Shown here piece after piece: positions 40,684 through 50,506 of a DNA stretch of 64,000 nt (position 1 is the first letter of the stretch; the number at the start of each line of letters is the position of its first letter). This DNA comes from a plasmid. Under the pieces are notes generated by a model that searched no databases, had not been told where the DNA came from, and saw nothing but the letters and a program-made list of their open reading frames with translations. The position numbers and the translations under genes are program-made. The stretch lies in the sequence record NZ_CP123987.1; one strand, given 5' to 3'.

Positions 40684-42210
40684 TTACTTTGTACAAATTT
40701 CTTTAACTTTAGAATTCCATGGCAAATAAGCTCCAACCTTGACATTTTCTCGTTTTTCTAATAGTGAGAAAATGTAGTTGAAATACTTGAATATATCTAA
40801 GCCATTCAACTTGGCTGTTTGAACTAAACTATAAAATATTGCACTAGCTTTGGCACCATCAACGCTTCTCGCAAACAATGAGTTCTTACGAACTAAGGTA
40901 GATAGCCTAATCACTTGTTCTATCGGATTGTTTGATAGAGGGAGTTCGCCAATTTTATATATATTTTCTAATCTAGGCTGAAATTTTTTGGCATATTCAA
41001 CAGCTTTCTTTAATTTACTGCTAGGATTAGGGATAGTATCCAGAAAATCGTAGAATTCATCAACATATTTTTTCAAATGAAGCTTCCGCTTCAGTACTTT
41101 TTCTTCTGCATTTTGATACTCAAGCTTCTTTTCTTCTTTAAAAATACGATTTAATAATTCTACCGCTCTTACTGCATATGATCCTCTTCCTTGTTTTAAA
41201 GATTTGACTATTTCCACAAAATGTCTGCGTATATGCACCAAACAGCTACCATATGTAATTTGTGGATACATTTCACTGCTATAGGCATTATAACCATCAC
41301 ACATAATTGCTCCAGTGTAAGCTCCAACCAGATTAGAAATATTTTCTTGCTTTCGGCTACTAGAGTAATTAAACACCACTATTTGATGATTTGAAAATTC
41401 TTCTGTCGTTCTCATTACCCAAAAATACGATTTACTTCGATTCTTTTCTTCCAACACCTGAAAAGGAGTTTCGTCCATATGAATAACCGGATTTTTCAAT
41501 AAAATCTTAGTAAGTTCATCGTGAACCGTTTCTAACTGTTCACTCAATTTAATGATGGCACGTGCCATATGCTTTGTATCTATTGGTAAGCCAATATGTT
41601 TAAAATATATTGCTTGTCTATTCAATGGTACAGCCATTAAATATTTAGAAGTAACTACTTGAGCCAATACACTACTGGAAAAATAACTATGTGGAAAAAT
41701 AGGACTAGTAGGTACTTTACCGGCAACTATTTTATCGCCACCTTTTGGGTGGCAATTTTCACATTTATAGGTTTGCTGATAATGATTACGACAAAAAAGC
41801 TCAGGTTGTTTCAAGCCTACCTCTCGATAAACACATTTTTTGCCAATTAGAGTGAGTTTTTCATGACAATCAGCACAATTTTTTTGTTCAAGATCATGAA
41901 CGACATCTACTTGTACTAAAGTATCAAGAAACTCAGCTCGTTGACCACGTGGTTTAACTTTTCGGTGGCAAACTACTCTAAGCTCTACTTCAACTTCTTC
42001 ATTTTCTTTAGATGAAATATCAGAATCTATATCTAATTCTTCTAATTCAGCCTCTGAAAAAAATGAAAGTTGATTTTTATCTAATTTTTCCGTTTTTTTT
42101 CCAAAAATACGGGCATTGAGAAGCTTAATAGTTTCAGACAATTCTTCAATCTTTTTATGAAGTTGTTGATTTTCCTTTTCAAGCTCCTCTATTCTTTTGT
42201 CTTTATCCAT
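40684..42210 (-). CDS. tnpC: IS66 family transposase TnpC
   Basis: 508 aa with a leucine-zipper-like N-terminus, CxxC...CxxC zinc finger and DDE region. Confidence 0.85.
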   Translation of the reverse strand: MDKDKRIEELEKENQQLHKKIEELSETIKLLNARIFGKKTEKLDKNQLSFFSEAELEELDIDSDISSKENEEVEVELRVVCHRKVKPRGQRAEFLDTLVQVDVVHDLEQKNCADCHEKLTLIGKKCVYREVGLKQPELFCRNHYQQTYKCENCHPKGGDKIVAGKVPTSPIFPHSYFSSSVLAQVVTSKYLMAVPLNRQAIYFKHIGLPIDTKHMARAIIKLSEQLETVHDELTKILLKNPVIHMDETPFQVLEEKNRSKSYFWVMRTTEEFSNHQIVVFNYSSSRKQENISNLVGAYTGAIMCDGYNAYSSEMYPQITYGSCLVHIRRHFVEIVKSLKQGRGSYAVRAVELLNRIFKEEKKLEYQNAEEKVLKRKLHLKKYVDEFYDFLDTIPNPSSKLKKAVEYAKKFQPRLENIYKIGELPLSNNPIEQVIRLSTLVRKNSLFARSVDGAKASAIFYSLVQTAKLNGLDIFKYFNYIFSLLEKRENVKVGAYLPWNSKVKEICTK

Positions 42211-42284
42211 AGTTCGCCACCTCCTCTTTTAAGATTATGCTTAAAAGCATACCAGTAGGCAGCGTTTTTAGTAAAGAAAAATTT

Positions 42285-42641
42285 TTAATAAAATGCACCT
42301 TTTGGTGCTAAATGTACTTTGGGTTGTGGTAAAGGATTAAGTCCACTTAAAAGTAAGTCAATTTGTTGGTTATCTAATTCTTTAACTTCTTCACTAGTTT
42401 TCGGCCAAGTTAAATTACCATTTTCGAAACGTTTATAGAGTAGTATAAAACCTTCACCATCCCAATAAAGAGCTTTAAATCTGTCGTTTCTTCGACCACA
42501 GAACAAGAAGATTGAATCATTATAAAGATTCATACCAAAATTATCGGCAATTAAAATTGCCAGTGTATCGATTCCTTTACGTAAATCAGTGTTGCCACAA
42601 ACAATATATACATGTTTAGGAGAGTGATAATTAACTAACAT
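42285..42641 (-). CDS. tnpB: IS66 Orf2 (TnpB) accessory protein
   Basis: 118 aa, conserved IS66 Orf2 pattern (DLRKGIDTLA...LYWDGEGF). Confidence 0.8.
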   Translation of the reverse strand: MLVNYHSPKHVYIVCGNTDLRKGIDTLAILIADNFGMNLYNDSIFLFCGRRNDRFKALYWDGEGFILLYKRFENGNLTWPKTSEEVKELDNQQIDLLLSGLNPLPQPKVHLAPKGAFY

Positions 42642-42882
42642 ATTTCTTTATCAACTCCCAGACGTCATTCATTACTTCAGTATCAACTCCGTGACACAAC
42701 AAAATTTTCACCTTATCAAATTTAATTTCAGCATCTAAATTCAATTTGGTTGTTTTAATTTTAGTTGCTGTTTTCCGTTTTTTAGTTGGTTTTACTTCAA
42801 CAATTTCAGTTTCTTCCATTGTATAAAAAATCCTCCTATACTTTTTATGATAATAGTATAGGGGGATTTCAAATTTTTTCAT
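42631..42882 (-). CDS. IS66 Orf1 (TnpA-like) small protein
   Basis: 83 aa, overlaps Orf2 as is typical for IS66. Confidence 0.5.
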   Translation of the reverse strand: MKKFEIPLYYYHKKYRRIFYTMEETEIVEVKPTKKRKTATKIKTTKLNLDAEIKFDKVKILLCHGVDTEVMNDVWELIKKYVS

Positions 42883-43586
42883 ATTCAGCTCATTATAAAG
42901 TACTTACATCTTATTGCTCAAGTAGGGTCTTTGAATTTAAATGAAGCAAAAGAATTAGCTAAATATGTGACTGATTTAGGTTACCCTATGATTTCTGCTG
43001 TTACACCTTTCTATTATAATTTCTCATTTGAACAAATTAAGAATTATTATAATTCAATTCTTGAAGGTGTAGATAATAAACTTATTATTTATTCTATTCC
43101 AGCTTTAACAGGTGTAGCATTATCTCTAGATCAATTTGCTGAATTGTTTGAAAATCCAAAAATTGTAGGTATTAAATATACTAATGCCGATTTCTATCTC
43201 CTAGAACGTGTTCGTAATCGTTTCCCAGATAAGTTAATTCTTTCAGGTTTTGACGAAATGCTATTACCTGCTCTTGCATTGGACGTTGATGGTGCAATTG
43301 GTTCAACATTTAACTTAAACGCTCCTCGTGTTAAAGAAGAAATTGCAGCTTTCGAGGCTGGAGATATAGAAAAAGCTCGTGAACTTCAAACATTAAGTAA
43401 TGACTATATTACTGATCTTTTAAATAATGATTTATATCCAACTATTAAGTTAGTATTTGAAAAAATTGGTGTTCATGCTGGCTACTGCAAAGAACCTATG
43501 AGCAAGCCAACTCCTGAAATGGAAGCTGGAGCTCAAAAGATTTATGAAAAATATTTCAAAGAATAGTAGAAATTGGGGTGAAGATT

Positions 43587-44276
43587 ATGGAAAATACCTT
43601 TCTTGATCAAGTTCATGGAAAATTAATTATTTCTTGTCAAGCACTTGAAGGTGAGCCTTTACATAGCTCCTTCATTATGGCACGTATGGCACGTGCTGCT
43701 AAAATGGCTGGTGCTCCTGCAATTAGAGCTAATTCTGTCGTTGATATTCAAGCTATTCAAGACGAGACTGGACTTCCAATTATTGGAATTATAAAAAAAG
43801 ATTATCCAGATTCTGACGTATATATTACTCCAACTCTTAAAGAAATGCGTCAAGTTGCTGCTACTGGAGTTGAAGTTGTTGCTTGCCAAGTAACAGGACA
43901 AGCACGTCCTAATGGAGAAAAATTGGAAGAAATCATTCCTCAATTCCGCGAAGAATTTCCTAATACTCTTCTTATGGCTGATACTGGTGATCTCAATGAT
44001 GTCAAAGAAGCTAATAGACTTGGTTTCGATATTATCGGTACGACTATGCATGGCTATACCCCTACTACTAAAGGTATGAATATTGCTGATAATGATTTTG
44101 AATATTTAAAAGAAGTTCTAAAAGTTGCTGAGCATCCAGTTATTGCTGAAGGTAAAATTGATCTCCCCCAAAAAGCTAAACGTGTTTTAGAATTAGGTGT
44201 ACATGCCTTAGTAGTTGGTGGCGCGATTACTCGTCCACTAGAAATTGCAAATAAATTTATGGACGCAATTAAGTAA
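43587..44276 (+). CDS. nanE: N-acetylmannosamine-6-phosphate 2-epimerase
   Basis: 229 aa collinear with NanE. RBS GGGGTGAAG before ATG 43587. Confidence 0.85.
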   Translation: MENTFLDQVHGKLIISCQALEGEPLHSSFIMARMARAAKMAGAPAIRANSVVDIQAIQDETGLPIIGIIKKDYPDSDVYITPTLKEMRQVAATGVEVVACQVTGQARPNGEKLEEIIPQFREEFPNTLLMADTGDLNDVKEANRLGFDIIGTTMHGYTPTTKGMNIADNDFEYLKEVLKVAEHPVIAEGKIDLPQKAKRVLELGVHALVVGGAITRPLEIANKFMDAIK

Positions 44277-44312
44277 AAAATTGTGCTATACTTGAGATAA
44301 ATTATATCAGGG

Positions 44313-45146
44313 GTGATGTTGATGAATTTGCTTAATAATATAGAAGCAATTTTCTCCACACTTTCTCGCCAAGAACGTAAAGTAGCTTTAAAAGTTCTTC
44401 AAAATCCTCAAGAAGTACAATCTATGAATATTACTAAATTAGCTAAAAAAGCGGGTGTTAGTAATGCTACTATCACTCGCTTTGTGCGTAGAATGGAATG
44501 TTCTGATTTTCATGATTTTAAATTAAAGCTCGCTATATCTGCTGCTAGCTCTCCTGAGGTTCCAGTTTCTTCTGAAAGCGATTCTATGGGAGATAAAGTT
44601 TACGAATTCTATCAAAAAGTACTTCAAGGTACTTGGAAGCAACTAGATACTGACACTATTCATAATATTGTCCATGCTATTACTAAGGCTCGTCGTGTCT
44701 ACGTTTACGGTTTAGGAAGTTCAGGTTATACTGCACAAGAATTCACTCAACGACTAATTCGTATGGGAATTGCTGCTTTTTGTACAGTCGATAGCCATAT
44801 GATGTTTATAGATAGTACTATTGTAAACTCTGATGATGTTATCATCGCCATTAGTCAATCTGGTAATACTGATGATGTAAATGTTGCTTGTTCTTTAGCA
44901 AAACAAAAAGGAACAAAAATTATCAGCATCACTGGATTTTATCAAAGTCCACTTATCGAACTCTCTACTTGGAGTGTAGTTGTTAAAAACAGTAATTTTG
45001 TTGATAATACTCGCTTTATTAATTCTCAGCTAGCGATCGTTTATGTTATCGATATTATTACAATGGAACTGATGGAAAAATCTGAATATAGTTCTACTAT
45101 GAATAAGACCGTTGAATTAATCATGGATCGAAAATTATCTAAATAA
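44313..45146 (+). CDS. RpiR/MurR-family transcriptional regulator (HTH plus SIS)
   Basis: N-terminal HTH (ITKLAKKAGVSNATITRFVRR) and C-terminal SIS domain. nan-cluster context. Confidence 0.8.
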   Translation: MMLMNLLNNIEAIFSTLSRQERKVALKVLQNPQEVQSMNITKLAKKAGVSNATITRFVRRMECSDFHDFKLKLAISAASSPEVPVSSESDSMGDKVYEFYQKVLQGTWKQLDTDTIHNIVHAITKARRVYVYGLGSSGYTAQEFTQRLIRMGIAAFCTVDSHMMFIDSTIVNSDDVIIAISQSGNTDDVNVACSLAKQKGTKIISITGFYQSPLIELSTWSVVVKNSNFVDNTRFINSQLAIVYVIDIITMELMEKSEYSSTMNKTVELIMDRKLSK

Positions 45147-45197
45147 CAACACCAATTGGGGTTTCTCAGTTGGTGTTTTTTGAAAGAAGGCATCGCT

Positions 45198-45815
45198 ATG
45201 AAAATTACCGTCGTTGGTGGAACTGGATTAGTCGGTCAAGGGATATTGTCCGAACTATCTAAAGATAAATCACTAGATCTCCACTCTATTTCACGTAATG
45301 GTAAACGTCCTAATTCCATTACTGGTATCACCTACCACTCTTTTGACTTAGCTCATGACACTAATTGGCATTATTTACTTCAAACTTCTGATTGGGTTAT
45401 TGATTGTATAGGAATTCTTTTCCCTAATAAGTCAAAAAATCAGACTTATGAAAATAGCAGCATTCAACCTGCTAAGTTAATTATTGATAATATCGTTGAT
45501 TCTGATAATAAATTTTTGTTCATCTCTGCCAATTCAGCTCCATTCTTTTTAAATAATTATTTACAAGCTAAAAGAACTGTTGAAAATTATGCTAGTAGAA
45601 AACTAGGTAATCGTGCAATATCAGTCTATCCTGGATTAATTTATTCTAGATTTAGAAGAAGCAACTATTATCCTGCTGTAATATTAGACTTTTTATTAAA
45701 ATTCAAACTATTTAGTTTCCTAAGAAAATTTCGCCCAATTAGTAGAGAAAGATTTGCTAAAGAAATACATTACATAATAGAAGGAAAAAATAGTAGTCTT
45801 ACTTATAGAATTTAA
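45198..45815 (+). CDS. NAD(P)-binding Rossmann-fold protein (NmrA / epimerase-dehydratase-like)
   Basis: MKITVVGGTGLVG dinucleotide-binding motif. Start moved to this ATG. Confidence 0.55.
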   Translation: MKITVVGGTGLVGQGILSELSKDKSLDLHSISRNGKRPNSITGITYHSFDLAHDTNWHYLLQTSDWVIDCIGILFPNKSKNQTYENSSIQPAKLIIDNIVDSDNKFLFISANSAPFFLNNYLQAKRTVENYASRKLGNRAISVYPGLIYSRFRRSNYYPAVILDFLLKFKLFSFLRKFRPISRERFAKEIHYIIEGKNSSLTYRI

Positions 45816-45987
45816 AAGCAATTAAATTTAATCATAATTTAATTTTTTATCATTATAATTTAAATATATTTACAGAAGATATTAAATCAATCAATTATTA
45901 AATTAATCATCTTTTTCTTAATTACTCAACTTTGTTTTAATCATTATATGCTAAAATAATCTTTATCATTTTTAAAGGAGATTTTTT

Positions 45988-47475
45988 ATGAATGATAAAA
46001 ATAAAAAAATAGGCTTATTTAGCTTAATCATGATGATTTTTTCAAGTATTTTTGGTTTTGCTAACATGCCAGTTGCTTTTTTGCAAATGGGATATGCTAG
46101 TATCATCTGGTATATTTTTGCAGCCATCTTTTTCTTTCTGCCAGTATCTATGATGCTTGCAGAATATGGCTCAACTTTTAAAGATGAGCAAGGTGGTATT
46201 TATGCTTGGTTAAGTAATACTATTGGTGAAAAGCTTGCATTTATCGGAACTTTCATCTGGCTTTCTAGTTGGATAGTTTGGTTAATAAATATTTCATCAA
46301 AAGTATTTATCCCCTTCTCTGCCTTATTATTTGGTAAAGATATGACACAAACTTGGGCTTTTGGTCCTTTCAGTGCTACCCAAGTAGTTGGAATTTTAGC
46401 TATTCTTTGGATTATTTTCGTTACTTTCTTTGCAAGTCGTGGTGCAGATGTTATTTCTAAGGTTTCTAGTATTGGCGGAACTTTCGTAACTGGAATGATT
46501 TTTGTATTTTTAATTGCTACTTTCATTTCTTTGTTTGTTACTCATGGACACTTCGAACAACCAATTACAGCATCTGCATTTGTTAAATCACCTAACCCTG
46601 CTTTTACTAACCCGGTTGCTACTCTATCTTTTGTTGTATATGCTATTTTTGCTTATGCTGGCATGGAATCTTTAGGTGGAATGATTGATAATATTGAGGA
46701 GCCTGAAAAAACTTTTCCTAAGGGTTTATTGATTTCTTCAATATTAATTGCAGTTGCTTACTCCTTCATGATTCTTTTATGGGGTGTCAGCGTAAATTGG
46801 AAAGATGTTCTTTCTAGTGACTCTGTTAACCTAGGAAATATCACTTATATAATGATGCAACATCTTGGTATCTACCTCGGACATAGCTTAGGATTATCTG
46901 CAAGTGTAAGTAATTTAATCGGAAATATTTTTATCCGTTTTGTTGGTTTAGGAATGTTTTTAGCTTATGTTGGTTCATTCTTTATTTTGATTTATTCTCC
47001 AATTAAATCATTTATCTTAGGATCTAAACACTTATGGCCAGAAAAAATGACTAAACTTAACAAGCACGGCATTCCAGAATTTGCAATGTGGATGCAGGCT
47101 CTACTTGTATGTATCTTGATATTCTTAATTTCATTTGGCGGTGGTCAAGCTAAGAGTTTCTACACGATTTTAACTGATATGTCTAACATATCAACTTCGT
47201 TTCCTTACTTATTCTTAGTTGGTGCCTTCCCTATATTTAAGAAAAAAGGATTTAAGCAACCATTTATTGCTTATAAAAATCATACTTGGACAAAAATTAT
47301 TACCTATATATGTTTCTCAATTATCTTATTTGGTATCATTTTCACTTGCGTTGATCCATTTATACAAGGTGATTGGGTAACCGGATTTTGGACTGTTATT
47401 GGACCAATTTTCTTTGGTTCTCTAGCTCTAGGAATTTATACTCGAGCAACAAAGAAAAATAAGAATAAAAATTAA
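45988..47475 (+). CDS. APC-superfamily amino acid permease
   Basis: 495 aa, 12-13 TM segments, APC family pattern. Confidence 0.75.
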   Translation: MNDKNKKIGLFSLIMMIFSSIFGFANMPVAFLQMGYASIIWYIFAAIFFFLPVSMMLAEYGSTFKDEQGGIYAWLSNTIGEKLAFIGTFIWLSSWIVWLINISSKVFIPFSALLFGKDMTQTWAFGPFSATQVVGILAILWIIFVTFFASRGADVISKVSSIGGTFVTGMIFVFLIATFISLFVTHGHFEQPITASAFVKSPNPAFTNPVATLSFVVYAIFAYAGMESLGGMIDNIEEPEKTFPKGLLISSILIAVAYSFMILLWGVSVNWKDVLSSDSVNLGNITYIMMQHLGIYLGHSLGLSASVSNLIGNIFIRFVGLGMFLAYVGSFFILIYSPIKSFILGSKHLWPEKMTKLNKHGIPEFAMWMQALLVCILIFLISFGGGQAKSFYTILTDMSNISTSFPYLFLVGAFPIFKKKGFKQPFIAYKNHTWTKIITYICFSIILFGIIFTCVDPFIQGDWVTGFWTVIGPIFFGSLALGIYTRATKKNKNKN

Positions 47476-47477
47476 AT

Positions 47478-47530
47478 TTAAAGCCCTAATTAGTTGCGAT
47501 GATTTATCGGACTAACTAAGGCTTTTTCTT
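47478..47530. terminator. Bidirectional terminator
   Basis: GCCCTAATTAGT...ACTAACTAAGGC imperfect 12-bp stem followed by a T run. Confidence 0.6.
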
Positions 47531-47635
47531 ATTTATTCTTTTTATGTGCTTTAATTATTTTAAGCGCACGTTTCTTAGTCTTACGATTACTGCTTCGCAA
47601 ACGACGATAAGCACTTGATAAATCTGTCTTTTCCA
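47528..47635 (-). CDS. Unannotated 35-aa highly basic peptide co-oriented downstream of rpsN
   Basis: MEKTDLSSAYRRLRSSNRKTKKRALKIIKAHKKNK. Starts about 20 nt after the rpsN stop. Below the ORF cutoff. Confidence 0.35.
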
Positions 47636-47655
47636 TTATATTCACCTCTCTTTAA

Positions 47656-47925
47656 CTACCAACTTGCTTTATGGACACCTGGTATTTTTCCTTGATGTGC
47701 CAACTCTCTAAAATTAATACGTGACATTTTAAACTTACGCATATATGCACGTGGACGACCATCAATTTCATCTCTATTTTTTAATCGTATAGGGTTAGAA
47801 TCTTTAGGTAATTTTCGCAAGCTCTCATAATCATGATTTACTTTCAACTGTTTTCTTATCTCTGCATATTTAGCAACTAACATTTGCTGTTTTCTATATT
47901 TAGCAATTTTTGATTTTTTAGCCAA
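47656..47925 (-). CDS. rpsN: 30S ribosomal protein S14, long cysteine-free (zinc-independent) type
   Basis: 89 aa collinear with S14 and containing no Cys residues. TTG start with GAGGT RBS. Confidence 0.85.
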   Translation of the reverse strand: MAKKSKIAKYRKQQMLVAKYAEIRKQLKVNHDYESLRKLPKDSNPIRLKNRDEIDGRPRAYMRKFKMSRINFRELAHQGKIPGVHKASW

Positions 47926-47945
47926 AATTATACCTCATTTCATTT

Positions 47946-47966
47946 AAATAGTAATTATTACTTTTT
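47946..47966. promoter_or_regulatory. Candidate Zur (Fur-family) box
   Basis: AAATAGTAATTATTACTTTTT contains a 6-1-6 palindrome AGTAAT-T-ATTACT. It matches 17/21 positions of the Firmicutes Zur box AAATCGTAATNATTACGATTT and lies 21-41 nt upstream of the C-minus rpsN paralog. Confidence 0.45.
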
Positions 47967-48126
47967 TAAATGATAACAATTACTATTTAAAAAGTCAATA
48001 AAAATTATCATATTCAGAGTAAAGTTAAATAATTTGATTACTTTTTTTCAATTTTCTACAATTATCTTATTAACTACTCTAAGATTAGAAGGGAGAACGG
48101 CATTTTTTTTATTGCCTATTAATTCA

Positions 48127-50046
48127 TTGAAATATATTGTTACTGGAATTATTGCCAATGTTGATGCAGGAAAAACTACTCTTTCTGAAGCATTACTATA
48201 TCAAACGGGAAATCTACTCAATTTAGGTCGCGTTGATAACGGCAATACTTTCTTAGATACTGACCAACTAGAAAAAAAGCGTGGTATTACTATTTTTTCA
48301 CACCAAGCAAATTTAGAATATAATGATCTTTCACTGACAATTTTAGATACTCCAGGACACGTTGATTTTGTTACTCAAACCGAACAAGTTTTAAGTGTTC
48401 TTGACTATGCTATATTAGTTATTTCTGCTACTGATGGAATTACTAGTCACACTAGATCTCTTTGGAATTTGCTAAATCATTACCATATTCCTGTATTTAT
48501 TTTTGTTAATAAAATTGATATCAGCACTAATAAGGCCTCACAGATTTTATCTCAATTAAAAAGTGAATTAGATGAATCAATTATTGATTTTTCTTCTGAT
48601 AATATGATTGAAGATATTGCAACGTGCAATGAATCATTATTTGAAGAGTATTTGCAAATTAATACCATATCTGATGAAAAAATTCTATCACTAATCTCTG
48701 ATAGAGTTATTTTCCCATGCTATTTTGGCTCTGCTTTAAAGTTAGATGGTATTGATAAATTTTTACAAGGATTCAATCAATGGACAAAAAAGTTACACTA
48801 TCCGAATAATTTCCAAGCCAAAGTATTTAAAATTTCTCACAACGATAAAGGTGAACGTCTAACCTGGCTTCGTATTCTAGGCGGCTCTCTAAAAACTAGA
48901 GATGAATTATTACCTGAACAAAAAATTAGTCAAATTAGAGTATATAATGGTGAAAAGTTTTCAACTTACCCAACTGTTACTGCTGGTCAAGTTTGTACAA
49001 TTCCTGGGCTAGTAAATACCTATCCTGGTTTAAGCATTGGTAAAAAACAAGTAGATACAATTCCAATCGTTACACCTGTTTTAAGTTATGCTCTTGACCT
49101 CAATGGCAATGATATTCAAGCTTGTTTAAAAGCTCTTCATGAATTAGAAGATGAAGATCCTAAGTTACATGTTACTTGGTCTGAACATCTCAAAGAAATT
49201 AGTGTACAAATTATGGGAGAAATTCAGTTAGAAATCCTAGAACAAATACTCCTTGATCGATATAATTTAAACGTCACTTTTACTAAAGGAAATATTTTAT
49301 ATAAAGAAACTATCACTAATTCTATTGAGGGAGTTGGTCACTTCGAACCACTTCGTCATTATTCAGAAGTACATTTATTATTAGAACCTGGAGAAAGAGG
49401 CAGTGGTCTCCAGTTCGAAAATCAATGTAGTCTAGAAGTCTTAAATAAAAATTGGCAACATCAAATTATATACAATCTCAAGTCTAAAGAGCATCTAGGT
49501 GTATTAACTGGTTCCCCTCTTACTGATGTAAAAATTACCCTTTTAGGCGGGAAAGCTAGCAATGTACATACAGTTGGTGGAGATTTTCGTCAAGCATGTA
49601 GTCGTGCAGTTCGACAAGGTTTAATGATGCTCAGAGAAAATAATAATTGCCAACTCTTAGAACCTTGGTATCGTTTCAGACTAAAAGTTGATCGTACTCA
49701 AATTGGTCGTGCAATCAATGATATTCAACGAATGCATGGTACCTTGGATGAACAACAAGTTGAGGGGATACTAACTGGAATTGCTCCTGTTTCAGAAATG
49801 TACAATTATGCCACCAATGTACGCGCATATACTCATGGGAATGGCACACTAGAATTGGAAATTGCTGGTTATTATCCTTGTCATAATTCGACAGATATAG
49901 TATCTCAACAAAATTATGATCCTGTATCAGATTTAGAAAATACTCCACAATCTGTTTTCTGTGCTCATGGAGCTGGATATACAGTTGACTGGAAAGATGT
50001 ACCTACAACTATGCATTGCGAGTATTTTTGGAATGGGATGAATTAG
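48127..50046 (+). CDS. TetM/TetO-family ribosomal-protection-type GTPase (EF-G paralog)
   Basis: G1 motif ANVDAGKTT and the VDNGNTFLDTDQLEKKRGITI segment parallel TetM [21 protein letters not shown]. Also DTPGH and NKID motifs. About 640 aa from TTG 48127. The ORF track extends to 48034. Confidence 0.7.
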   Translation: MKYIVTGIIANVDAGKTTLSEALLYQTGNLLNLGRVDNGNTFLDTDQLEKKRGITIFSHQANLEYNDLSLTILDTPGHVDFVTQTEQVLSVLDYAILVISATDGITSHTRSLWNLLNHYHIPVFIFVNKIDISTNKASQILSQLKSELDESIIDFSSDNMIEDIATCNESLFEEYLQINTISDEKILSLISDRVIFPCYFGSALKLDGIDKFLQGFNQWTKKLHYPNNFQAKVFKISHNDKGERLTWLRILGGSLKTRDELLPEQKISQIRVYNGEKFSTYPTVTAGQVCTIPGLVNTYPGLSIGKKQVDTIPIVTPVLSYALDLNGNDIQACLKALHELEDEDPKLHVTWSEHLKEISVQIMGEIQLEILEQILLDRYNLNVTFTKGNILYKETITNSIEGVGHFEPLRHYSEVHLLLEPGERGSGLQFENQCSLEVLNKNWQHQIIYNLKSKEHLGVLTGSPLTDVKITLLGGKASNVHTVGGDFRQACSRAVRQGLMMLRENNNCQLLEPWYRFRLKVDRTQIGRAINDIQRMHGTLDEQQVEGILTGIAPVSEMYNYATNVRAYTHGNGTLELEIAGYYPCHNSTDIVSQQNYDPVSDLENTPQSVFCAHGAGYTVDWKDVPTTMHCEYFWNGMN

Positions 50047-50093
50047 CAAAAAGCGAAGTTAGACGAAAAGGTTAATATATTGGTTGTGTAATA

Positions 50094-50135
50094 TTTAGGA
50101 CTGATAATGTAGAATTTTTTACATTACGGTCCTTC
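50094..50135 (+). terminator. Terminator hairpin after the GTPase gene
   Basis: AGGACTGATAATGTA...TACATTACGGTCCT imperfect stem followed by a T run. Confidence 0.55.
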
Positions 50136-50342
50136 TTTTATTTTCTTCATTTTGCGTCAAAATAAAAGAGAGAGCCCACACGTCAATCTAATTAAAAAAA
50201 GGACACCATCTCTATGGATATACTTTTACTTGGAATTACAGACCCTAATTTAACTATTGATCTTAAATATCAATATATTTCGTATATTGAAGAAAAAACT
50301 ATTAAAAATAGTAAGGTTTTGCTCTGTCATCTATAGCGGTCG

Positions 50343-50500
50343 CCCATCTATTTCACCTTTATTTTTTTACGTACAAGATTAGAATCCTTAGGTAATTTCC
50401 GTAAACTCTCATAATTGTGAGCTGTTTTTAATTTTTTCTTAGCTCCACATATTTAGTAATCAATATTTGTTGCTTTCTGTACTTTGTAATTTTTGATTTT
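50343..50500 (-). pseudogene. Degenerate duplicate of the rpsN 5' region
   Basis: About 80% nucleotide identity to 47775-47925 (promoter-proximal half of rpsN), with multiple stops in every frame. Confidence 0.65.
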
Positions 50501-50506
50501 TTAGTA

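Larger units (their letters stand above)
40610..42907 (-). mobile_element. IS66-family insertion sequence (2298 bp)
   Basis: Three ORFs (tnpA-like, tnpB-like, tnpC). Imperfect terminal inverted repeats beginning GTAA. Flanked by 8-bp direct repeats ATCTTATT (40602-40609 and 42908-42915), the IS66 signature TSD length. Confidence 0.8.
40388..43566 (+). pseudogene. nanA: N-acetylneuraminate lyase gene interrupted by an IS66-family insertion
   Basis: N-terminal fragment 40388..40624 (MKKLYSALMTAFNEDGSVNLDG...GKTHLIV). C-terminal fragment 42931..43566 (...AQVGSLNLNEAKEL...SAVTPFYY...). Removing the IS plus one TSD copy restores a continuous 290-aa frame collinear with E. coli NanA. Confidence 0.85.

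Noticed and set aside
40641-40688. Strong GC hairpin as an independent regulatory element of nanA
   Set aside because: It lies inside the IS66 left end, overlapping the tnpC stop, and is most simply the IS-internal terminator.
48127-50046. TetM-family gene as an acquired tetracycline-resistance determinant on a conjugative transposon
   Set aside because: No Tn916-type genes, leader peptide or attenuator are adjacent. The C-terminus diverges from TetM/TetO. It is treated as a chromosomal paralog of unknown specificity.
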